Shown piece after piece: positions 7,137 through 14,679 of a stretch of 32,000 bases of DNA. The notes below the pieces were generated by a model that was given only the letters and a program-made list of their open reading frames with translations, made no database searches and was not told the origin of the DNA. Numbering within the stretch: position 1 is the first letter of the stretch; every line of letters begins with the position of its first letter. The stretch comes from Ktedonobacterales bacterium (lineage in GTDB: Bacteria; Chloroflexota; Ktedonobacteria; Ktedonobacterales; JADMIN01), in contig CP126532.1 in NCBI GenBank assembly GCA_030167145.1, positions 4,650,001-4,682,000 on the forward strand. The letters are read 5' to 3'. The position numbers and the translations under genes were made by a program.

Positions 7137-8431
7137 AGCGTTTCCGCGATGGCGCGCAGCAGATCGCTCACCTCCGCGCCTGCTTCGGGTTCGCTGGCGG
7201 TCGCCTGTTCCGGATCTTTCAGCACGTGCCCGGTGAGGATCGCCACCACCGTCTCTCCGGGCGCGATCACTCCCTCGCGAACCAGGCGGCGCACCCCCGC
7301 CACCGACGCGGCGGAGGCTGGCTCGCAGCCGATGCCCGCGCGGTCAATGCGCGCCTTCGTCGCGAAGATCTCGTCGTCGGTCACCTCGGTCACCACCCCG
7401 CGCGTCGCCTCGATCATCGCGCGAGCGCGGGCATAACTCACCGGAGCGCCGATGTTGATCGCGGAGGCGCGGGTGCTCGCATGGACCGGCGCGAAGCCCC
7501 GCCATTGGTCGGCATAGCTCTGATAGAACGGATTGGCGCGCGCCGCCTGGACGGCGGCGAGCCGCGGCACACGGGCGATCAGCCCCACTTCGGCGGCGCG
7601 CACCAGCGCCGCGCCGATGGCTGCGGTATTGCCCAGGTTGCCCGCCGGAAGCGCCACCCAATCGGGCGCCTGCCACTGAAGCTGGTGCAGCAGTTCGTAG
7701 CCGATGGAACGCTGCCCCGCCAGCCGGTAGGGATTGATCGAGTTGAGGAGGTAGATACCCAGACGTTCCGCGACCGACTCCACCTGACGCATCGCATCGT
7801 CGAAGTCACCCGCCACCGCGATCTGCCGCGCGCCATACGCGACACTCTGCGCGAGCTTGCCCGTGGCGACTTTGCCCGCTGGCAGGAACACCAGCGCTGG
7901 GATGCCCGCCTGCGCGGCATACGCCGCGAGCGAAGCCGACGTATTGCCCGTGGAGGCGCAGGCAACCGCCCGCGCGCCCAGCGCCTTCGCGATGCTCATG
8001 CCCACCGTCATGCCGCGATCCTTGAAGCTGCCCGTGGGATTATGCCCCTCGTGCTTGAGATACAGCGCCTCAACGCCAGCGTATACGCCGATGCTGCGCC
8101 ACGCCTCGCGCTCAGCCGCGCCGACCGCATAGAGCGGGGTATTGCCCTCCTGCCGCGAGACGATATGCTCGTCCGCCAGCGGCAACGCCAGCTCCCGATA
8201 GCGCCAGACACCGCTACGCTCCGGCCCGCTGAGCGCGCTCAGCCGTGCCGCAAACCGCGCACGCAGCGCCTCCACTGTGGCGTCCTGCGCCAGCGTGTCT
8301 AGCGACAGATCGAACGGCGTGCCGCAGGCGCAGCGAAAGCGCTTGCTCGTGCCCGCTGCCGTCGCCCCGCAGTTGGCGCAGACCAGCGTGAACTGGCCGA
8401 TATCATGTATGTAGGTCATGCCATCGCTCAT
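7112..8431 (-). CDS. thrC: Threonine synthase
   Basis: PLP-lysine motif NPTGSFKDRGM, an N-terminal Cys4 ribbon (CANCG...CACG), and GNTSAS. ATG at 8431 follows GGGAG. The 3' end overlaps asd by 25 nt, convergently. Confidence 0.9.
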   Translation of the reverse strand: MSDGMTYIHDIGQFTLVCANCGATAAGTSKRFRCACGTPFDLSLDTLAQDATVEALRARFAARLSALSGPERSGVWRYRELALPLADEHIVSRQEGNTPLYAVGAAEREAWRSIGVYAGVEALYLKHEGHNPTGSFKDRGMTVGMSIAKALGARAVACASTGNTSASLAAYAAQAGIPALVFLPAGKVATGKLAQSVAYGARQIAVAGDFDDAMRQVESVAERLGIYLLNSINPYRLAGQRSIGYELLHQLQWQAPDWVALPAGNLGNTAAIGAALVRAAEVGLIARVPRLAAVQAARANPFYQSYADQWRGFAPVHASTRASAINIGAPVSYARARAMIEATRGVVTEVTDDEIFATKARIDRAGIGCEPASAASVAGVRRLVREGVIAPGETVVAILTGHVLKDPEQATASEPEAGAEVSDLLRAIAETLQASSPRA

Positions 8432-8436
8432 CAACT

Positions 8437-9438
8437 CTACTCCCTGGTCTCATCAAGCACGGTGGCTTGCGCACCATCACGTGCGATGCTGGTAATCAGG
8501 CCGCGCCCGGAGACCCCCAGCGCCCTTGCCCGCGCTTCCATCGCCAAGCGTATCGCTTCGGTGTGGGATGTCGCCAGCGCCAGCACCGACGACCCGCCGC
8601 CAGAAAGACACGCCCCGTGCGCGCCTGCCGCCTGCGCCGCCGCGACTAGCGCATCCAGTGCGGGGAAGACTCGCGCCCGGTACGGCTGGTGGATGCGGTC
8701 TCCCATTGCCGTCGCCAGCAATTCGTACCGCTCGGTTTGCAGCGCGCCCAACAGCAGCGCCACCCGGCTGAGGTTGAAGGTCACATCCTCGCGTGGATAT
8801 GCGACGGGCAGCAATGCCCGCCCCTGCACCGTGCTCATTGGCGTATCGGGAATGAACAGCACCGCCCGCAGCGCATCAGGGACTGGCAGCGAAATAGCGG
8901 TGAGTCGGTTCGCCGCATCGCGTGCGCCAGTGACGACCAGACCGCCGAGCAGCGCGGCGGCGACGTTATCCGCATGGCCGCCCTGCTCGCAGGCGACCGC
9001 AAGCTCCAGCAGTTCGCCTGTGGAAAGCGGATCTCCGCAAAGCGCATTGGCGGCGAGAATTCCACCGACGACGGCGGTGGCGCTGCTGCCTAGCCCGCGT
9101 CCCGGCGGCAGATGCACGGCGATCTGTACCGCGAGCGGCGGCGGACGCACGCCTATCCGTTCGCAGAGCGCGCCGAATGCGCGCACGAACAAGTTGCTCG
9201 CGTCCGTCGCAATTTGGCTGGTATCAACCGGCGCTCCGGTGACCACCACCGGCGGCTGCGCTCCCGCGTCGCCAGCCAGCAGATGCGCCTCGAATTCGTT
9301 GTGCAGCGCCAGTGCCAGCGCGAGGCAATCGAAGCCGGGGCCGAGATTGGCGCACGTTGCCGGTACGCGCACGCGGACACGCCGCGCAACCCATGGACGC
9401 TGCCCGCTCCCAGCGTCGCGTTCAGATTTGCGGCTCAT
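8437..9438 (-). CDS. thrB: Homoserine kinase
   Basis: GHMP-kinase motifs VPATCANLGPGFD and PPGRGLGSSATAVV. ATG at 9438 overlaps the aspartate kinase TGA (ATGA). Confidence 0.9.
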   Translation of the reverse strand: MSRKSERDAGSGQRPWVARRVRVRVPATCANLGPGFDCLALALALHNEFEAHLLAGDAGAQPPVVVTGAPVDTSQIATDASNLFVRAFGALCERIGVRPPPLAVQIAVHLPPGRGLGSSATAVVGGILAANALCGDPLSTGELLELAVACEQGGHADNVAAALLGGLVVTGARDAANRLTAISLPVPDALRAVLFIPDTPMSTVQGRALLPVAYPREDVTFNLSRVALLLGALQTERYELLATAMGDRIHQPYRARVFPALDALVAAAQAAGAHGACLSGGGSSVLALATSHTEAIRLAMEARARALGVSGRGLITSIARDGAQATVLDETRE

Positions 9439-10856
9439 GAGGTCCGCCTCCACTCTCCTGGCATGGTGTCGTCGCCATCGGCGGTTTCGCGCGGCATACG
9501 GCTATCAGCGTGCAGCAGGGCGGAGTAGAGCCTGCGCTGGGTCGCGGTAGCCTCGGCTGCGGGCACCGCCACACTGATGCGGCGCGGCGAAAGCGCCAGC
9601 CCAACCGGACGCGGCGCTGTGTTGAGCAGCGCCAGCGCACCGGATATTGGCCCATCACCCGGTTCATGGCCGCCTGGAGCATCCACTTCACTCACCGGTG
9701 TGGGAGCCAAATGGTCATCTTCTGTCGCGGTCATGTCGGCGTGGCGCAAGTACAACCCCTGCACCTCGACCAGCCCCGAAGCCCAGTCCGATTCCGGTCC
9801 AAAGAGCGGGCGTTCCGGTGAGAGGGGTCGCGCGGTGACGACCCAGGCGCAACGGCCCGGTTGCGCGCCAGTGCGGAGGGTAGCAGGGTGGATGTCTGTC
9901 CCTGGCGCATCTGGCCTGAGGAAGCTGCGGAGGCTCAGCGGGATACGCGCCGCAGCCAGTGGGCGCAGTGTCCCAGGGTGCAGCACCCGCGCCCCTGCTA
10001 GCGCAATCTCAGCGGCGTCGGCGTAGGTGAGGTCATGCAACAGTTCGGCATCTGCCACGATGCGCGGATCAGCCCGGTGGATGCCCGCCACATCACTATA
10101 GATGTACGCCCGTTCGGCGGCCAGCGCGGCAGCGACCAGTGCGGCGGAATAATCGGAGCCGTTGCGCCCTACGGTCGTCACCAGGCCATTCCGCAGGCGC
10201 GCGAGATAGCCCGGCAGCACGGCGACCTTGCCCGCCCCCAGCGCGGGGACAATCTGCGGCGCGATCCAGGCGCGGGTCGCGGCGACGGATGGGGCCAGGC
10301 GCTCCCACGGCGGATTGTCGGCGTCGCCCTCTTCACCTGTTACCTGCGTTTCGCGCTCGACCAGTACCACTGGCTCTCCCGCGAATGCCCTGGTGGGCAT
10401 TTCCGCCTCGGCCAGCGCGGCGGCAAAGAGCGCCACGGCGAGCCGTTCGCCCCAGCCAGAGAATGCGGCAACCGCATGCTGGCGCGCGGCGTCTGTCGCC
10501 GTGGCGCTGGCGAGAAGTCGCGTCAGGTCAGCTTCGAGCGCCGACCAGAGCGTGGCAAACCCAGCGGCAACAGGCTTCGTCGGGACGGTCGTCGCGGTCG
10601 TAGTCAGAGTGGTCGTAGTCAGCGCGGCCAGCACGTCCTCATGCTGGGTGCACAGCGTAGTGAGGGTGTCCCGATAGGTCATCTCGCCACGGGTCGCCAG
10701 CGCGACGACACGCAGCAGTTGGTCGGTGACTCCCGCCATCGCTGATACGACACAAACGACTGGCTGCGTGCGGTGATGAGCCGCGACGATGCGCGCTGTG
10801 GCGCGCATGCGATCCGTTCCGGCGAGCGACGTGCCGCCGAGTTTGACGACGATCAC
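9435..10856 (-). CDS. ask: Aspartate kinase (monofunctional)
   Basis: VVKLGGTSLAG, VVSAMAGVTDQL and GRNGSDYSAALVAAAL. The preferred start is GTG at 10856, directly after AGGAGGAGGAG. The longest ORF reaches 10895 (GTG) but has no Shine-Dalgarno site. Confidence 0.85.
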   Translation of the reverse strand: MIVVKLGGTSLAGTDRMRATARIVAAHHRTQPVVCVVSAMAGVTDQLLRVVALATRGEMTYRDTLTTLCTQHEDVLAALTTTTLTTTATTVPTKPVAAGFATLWSALEADLTRLLASATATDAARQHAVAAFSGWGERLAVALFAAALAEAEMPTRAFAGEPVVLVERETQVTGEEGDADNPPWERLAPSVAATRAWIAPQIVPALGAGKVAVLPGYLARLRNGLVTTVGRNGSDYSAALVAAALAAERAYIYSDVAGIHRADPRIVADAELLHDLTYADAAEIALAGARVLHPGTLRPLAAARIPLSLRSFLRPDAPGTDIHPATLRTGAQPGRCAWVVTARPLSPERPLFGPESDWASGLVEVQGLYLRHADMTATEDDHLAPTPVSEVDAPGGHEPGDGPISGALALLNTAPRPVGLALSPRRISVAVPAAEATATQRRLYSALLHADSRMPRETADGDDTMPGEWRRTS

Positions 10857-10928
10857 GACGCTCCTCCTCCTCGTGGTAACATGGCCGTTCTCCACCTGTG
10901 TTGAAGGGCGCTATCCCTTCAGGATGAC

Positions 10929-10964
10929 AAAAAGCCATCCTCCACGCGAGTGTGGAAGATGGCT
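10929..10964 (-). terminator. Intrinsic-terminator-like hairpin in the aspartate kinase leader (candidate attenuator)
   Basis: Minus strand: AGCCATCTTCCAC-ACTCGC-GTGGAGGATGGCT followed by TTTTT. That is a 13-bp stem with one G-U pair. It lies 33-72 nt upstream of the candidate ask starts and 200 nt downstream of the preceding gene's stop. Confidence 0.5.
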
Positions 10965-11163
10965 GTACACGCGACGCGCGACGATTCGCGTTGCTCGCCC
11001 GGTGTGGCGGGCAGACGGCAGGCTCAGCCATCGGTACGCAATCTGACCTCAGTGAGCTTCCACCGGTCTGCCGCTCAAGGTGCTGAGCGTGCGCCGCATC
11101 GCGCGTCGGATATGGATGTGATGGTAGCTGGAATGTGCGGTGCTGTCAAGGGATCGCGCGCGC

Positions 11164-12621
11164 TTATGAGGAGATGGCAAAGCAATGCAGCGCGCCCGCA
11201 ACCGTTCCAATCAGCACGAAGCCCCTGGAGATCGCGACGCCACCCCAGGCGCTATCGCCCAGGTGCGCGCTCCAAATCGGGTCGCCGGTATAGATGGCAT
11301 AGGCGACAATATCCTGCCCGTGCGCCACAAACAACAGATCCCCTACCGCAGCCGAAGGCGAATACACCTTGCCCGTTCCGCCGGTGCATTGGCGCCAGGC
11401 AAGCTGTCCGGTATCCACATGGAACGCATGCAGCACGCCGACCTTGCATCCTTCACCAGAGCCAGCGCCACCGGCGACGAAGAGCATGCCATTGCTGTAG
11501 GTGGGCGGCTCAAAGATGCCGCCGCCGTTGCTGCCATTGTCGGGGGCGGCGATCTTCGCGCTCCAGGCGACCGTAGGCTTACCACCTGGCTTGGGCGGCT
11601 TGACCGCATAGAGCATACCGGCCTTATTGCCGGCGACAATATACTTCTGGCCTTGATAGGTGAGAATCACAGCCCCTTCCCCGAAATCGTAGTCAGCCTC
11701 ATCCACATCTACGGCGGTGAAGCGCCATTGCGTCGCGCCAGTATCCCAATTCAGCGCAATGATCGCATCCTGGTCGGCGTCGCTAACCCTGGAATCGCCA
11801 CAGGGATTGCCGGTGGTTGCGATGATGCTGTGCGCGTCAGGATCAGCGGTGAGCGACGACCAGACACCACCGCCACGCACCCCCGATGGCACCATGAAGT
11901 GCGACCATACGATATGGCCTGTGCTGGCATCGAAGGCAAAGACGCCGCCGCGCACGCAGGGGTTGTCGTTCTGCGATGCTAGGCCAATATAGACCCGGCC
12001 ATTGACGAACAGCGGCGAACTCCAGATGAACGCGCCATCGTCAGGATCACCGATCTGGGTGTGCCACTTTTCCTTGCCCGTGCGTATATCCACGGCGTAC
12101 ATGCGCGCTTCAGGTGTGCCGAAGAACGCCAGATGCGTGGCTGGGTCAACCGCGACGGACGAGTGGATACCACCTAGCTTTTCGGGCTGTGCGTCGAAGT
12201 GCCAGAGCGTCGCGCCGCTGCGCAGGTCATAGGCGTAGAGCGACAAACCAGTCGTGACATACACCACGCCGTTCACGATGGCTGGGGTTGTATAGTAACC
12301 GGGATGGCGAGTGAGCGCCCATTGTTGGCTCAGTTGGTCAACGGAGGTTGTAGCAAGTGACTGCTCTGTATTGACACCCGTTCCATACACGTCTGAACGG
12401 TATTGTGTCCAGTCATTTCCAGTTGGCAGTGTCGCGATTGGGTGGGCGGTTGTTGTGGCGGTTGCCGCGGACGTTGCTGTTGGCGGTCGTATGCTGGCCT
12501 GTGGTCCATGCGCGCGTGGCGGGAACAAAAACAACGTTACCGAACAAATCAGCACGACAATGATCGCCGCGCTCGCCACCAGGATCACTCTTCGTGTACG
12601 CGCTTGTCTCCAACCCCACAT
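11164..12621 (-). CDS. Membrane-anchored PQQ-like (BamB/YfgL-type) beta-propeller repeat protein
   Basis: N-terminal transmembrane helix VILVASAAIIVVLICSVTLFLF. Repeated units of the type TTPAIVNGVVYVTTG..LYAYDLRSGATLWHF. ATG at 12621; the ORF track extends to a TTG at 12657. Confidence 0.8.
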   Translation of the reverse strand: MWGWRQARTRRVILVASAAIIVVLICSVTLFLFPPRAHGPQASIRPPTATSAATATTTAHPIATLPTGNDWTQYRSDVYGTGVNTEQSLATTSVDQLSQQWALTRHPGYYTTPAIVNGVVYVTTGLSLYAYDLRSGATLWHFDAQPEKLGGIHSSVAVDPATHLAFFGTPEARMYAVDIRTGKEKWHTQIGDPDDGAFIWSSPLFVNGRVYIGLASQNDNPCVRGGVFAFDASTGHIVWSHFMVPSGVRGGGVWSSLTADPDAHSIIATTGNPCGDSRVSDADQDAIIALNWDTGATQWRFTAVDVDEADYDFGEGAVILTYQGQKYIVAGNKAGMLYAVKPPKPGGKPTVAWSAKIAAPDNGSNGGGIFEPPTYSNGMLFVAGGAGSGEGCKVGVLHAFHVDTGQLAWRQCTGGTGKVYSPSAAVGDLLFVAHGQDIVAYAIYTGDPIWSAHLGDSAWGGVAISRGFVLIGTVAGALHCFAISS

Positions 12622-12767
12622 ACCCAATCTCTCTCTACAAATGCCATGCGCTTGCAATTGCGCTTAGTGTACACCTGCTGTCAAGGCACATATGGCATGA
12701 AAAGAAGAGGGATGTAGGTCGCGGCGTGCGTATGCTCACCGAACTGCTGATGGGGGAGCCTTCGCAG

Positions 12768-13091
12768 CTATTCGCCCAGTCCGCCTGATGGAGTGGACCG
12801 TTCTTCGGGGAGTGTGTTTGCCGGGATGCGCGCTTTCGCCGTGGATTCCAGGGGTGCGCGGTCGGCGCGTGAGCGGCTGCGCAATTCGCGGATGCCCTTG
12901 AGCGTCTTCAGCGCCATAGCGCCAATGACCGAAAGAATGGCTAGCGCCAACAGACCGAGGCCGACCAACAGGAGCGGGTTCACGGTATCCGAATCATCCA
13001 GTGGCTCAAGCACGAGGTAGGCGACCAGGAGGATGCTGATGACTAGAAACACCAGGCTCAGGGTGTAGAGGGTACGGATCGCTTGCTGCAT
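12768..13091 (-). CDS. Small two-helix membrane protein, function unknown
   Basis: 107 aa with two hydrophobic helices (LYTLSLVFLVISILLVAYLVL and LLLVGLGLLALAILSVIGAMAL). ATG at 13091 follows AGGAG 7 nt upstream. Confidence 0.6.
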   Translation of the reverse strand: MQQAIRTLYTLSLVFLVISILLVAYLVLEPLDDSDTVNPLLLVGLGLLALAILSVIGAMALKTLKGIRELRSRSRADRAPLESTAKARIPANTLPEERSTPSGGLGE

Positions 13092-13270
13092 GGCCTTGCT
13101 CCTGCTCGCTAGACTTGCTGATATGAAGGGTCATCGTCGCGATACGTCGGCCCAGTGCGAGGGGAACGTATGCCAGATACATTGAAAACGCACGGGAGAC
13201 CACGAACTACCGTCCCATGGCTATTGGTACGAGTTTATACGTAGTTAGCGTGAGGCGCAAGGGGCAATCT

Positions 13271-13552
13271 ATGAGCCGGGGAAACTTTGATGCAGAGCAA
13301 TTGATCGAGGGCGAGTTCTGGCGCGGGGACGGGGAGGATCCCACCACAGCGGGCGAGGATCCTCAAAGCTGGTTCTGGACCATCGCCGATTGGGGGCATC
13401 CCTGGCCAGTGTCGTGCGTCGTCTGCGGTAGGGATGCGAAGCATCCAGTTGCCGTGAAGGTAGCCGGTGGAGAAGTGCTCTTCGGCGCATGCTCATCGGC
13501 ACATGAACAGCAGCACACAGCCAATGTGCTGCGGCGCGCGAGTCAGTGCTAG
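13271..13552 (+). CDS. Hypothetical small protein
   Basis: ATG at 13271 follows AAGGGG 6 nt upstream. Third-position GC bias is consistent with coding. I recognise no family. Confidence 0.4.
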   Translation: MSRGNFDAEQLIEGEFWRGDGEDPTTAGEDPQSWFWTIADWGHPWPVSCVVCGRDAKHPVAVKVAGGEVLFGACSSAHEQQHTANVLRRASQC

Positions 13553-13674
13553 CGCGGCGCGAACTCAGTGGTGGCGTCGCGTGTGGCTTGCCGTCGCATT
13601 CTGGCATGTCGTATCACATCCTTGGCATACATACTTGGGACATGGGATGAATTCGACCTCGTTGAGGAGGAGTT

Positions 13675-14673
13675 ATGCGAGATACATTCAAGGCTATCGT
13701 ACTCGAAGAGCACGAAGGCGCGGTCACGTCGTCGCTGCGGTCGCTAGCGGTTGATGCGCTGCCGGAAGGCGATGTGCTGGTCGCGGTGGCGTACTCAGAC
13801 CTGAACTATAAAGACGGGCTGGCGATCACAGGCCGAAACAAAGTGGTCCGCAGCTACCCGATGGTGCCGGGAATAGACTTCGCCGGGACCATCGAGGAGT
13901 CGCGGTCGCCAGCGTGGAAGCCAGGTGATCGCGTCGTGCTGACAGGCTGGGGTGTGGGTGAACGGCATTGGGGCGGCTTCGCGCAACTGGCGCGGGTGAA
14001 AAGCGAGTGGCTGGTTCCTGTGCCATCGAGCTATAGCCTGCGCGACGCGGCAGCGGTGGGTACGGCGGGCGTGACGGCGATGATGTGTGTCATGGCGCTC
14101 GAAGCGCATGGCCTGAAGCCGGCCGATGGCAAAGATGTGCTGGTGACGGGCGCAACTGGCGGTGTGGGCAGTATGGCGGTTGCGCTGCTGGCGAGCCTGG
14201 GCTATCGTGTAGTAGCCTCAACCGGCCGGGCAGAGGCGCATGACTACCTCACGGCGCTGGGCGCGCATGAGATTGTGGAGCGCTCACTGCTGTCGGGGCC
14301 GGGCAAGCCACTGGACACGGCGCGATGGGGTGGGGCGGTGGATACGGTGGGTGGCGACACGCTCGCGGGTGTGCTGCGGACGATGGCGTATGGCGGCAGT
14401 GTCGCGGCGTGCGGCAACGCGGGTGGGATTCCCTTCACAACGACGATTCTGCCGTTCATCCTGCGCGGCGTGAACTTGCTTGGCATTGATTCGTTGCCAG
14501 TGCCGGGTGAGACACGCCGCCAGATCTGGGCGCGCCTGGAGCGCGACCTGCCCCGCGATGCGCTTGACCGCATTGCGCGCCGCGAGGCGACCCTGGCTGA
14601 GACGTTGGAAGTAGCCCAGCAGATTGTCGAAGGCGGTGTGCAGGGGCGGGTGGTCATCAACGTCAACGAGTGA
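13675..14673 (+). CDS. acuI: YhdH/AcuI-family NADPH-dependent acrylyl-CoA / quinone oxidoreductase (MDR superfamily)
   Basis: Collinear with E. coli YhdH as I recall it: SDLNYKDGLAITG, YPMVPGIDFAGT, LTGWGVGERHWGG, VTGATGGVGS and YGGSVAACGNAGG. GAGGAGGAG lies upstream of the ATG. Confidence 0.85.
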   Translation: MRDTFKAIVLEEHEGAVTSSLRSLAVDALPEGDVLVAVAYSDLNYKDGLAITGRNKVVRSYPMVPGIDFAGTIEESRSPAWKPGDRVVLTGWGVGERHWGGFAQLARVKSEWLVPVPSSYSLRDAAAVGTAGVTAMMCVMALEAHGLKPADGKDVLVTGATGGVGSMAVALLASLGYRVVASTGRAEAHDYLTALGAHEIVERSLLSGPGKPLDTARWGGAVDTVGGDTLAGVLRTMAYGGSVAACGNAGGIPFTTTILPFILRGVNLLGIDSLPVPGETRRQIWARLERDLPRDALDRIARREATLAETLEVAQQIVEGGVQGRVVINVNE

Positions 14674-14679
14674 GCGCTG

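Noticed and set aside
11049-11099. 16-codon leader peptide MRRTLSTLSGRPVEAH in the ask leader, whose stop abuts the GTGGAAG antiterminator arm
   Set aside because: There is no Shine-Dalgarno site upstream and only two Thr codons, with no Thr/Ile/Lys run. This is not convincing as a thrL-like attenuation peptide. It is kept only as a note within the leader finding.
10897-11163. Assignment of the ask leader to a known class (lysine L-box, SAM S-box, T-box)
   Set aside because: I could not find the signature strings by eye: AGAGGCGC/GCCGAAG/UGGAGAG for the L-box, the S-box core, or GGUGGUACCGCG for the T-box. It needs a covariance-model scan, so the class is left unassigned.
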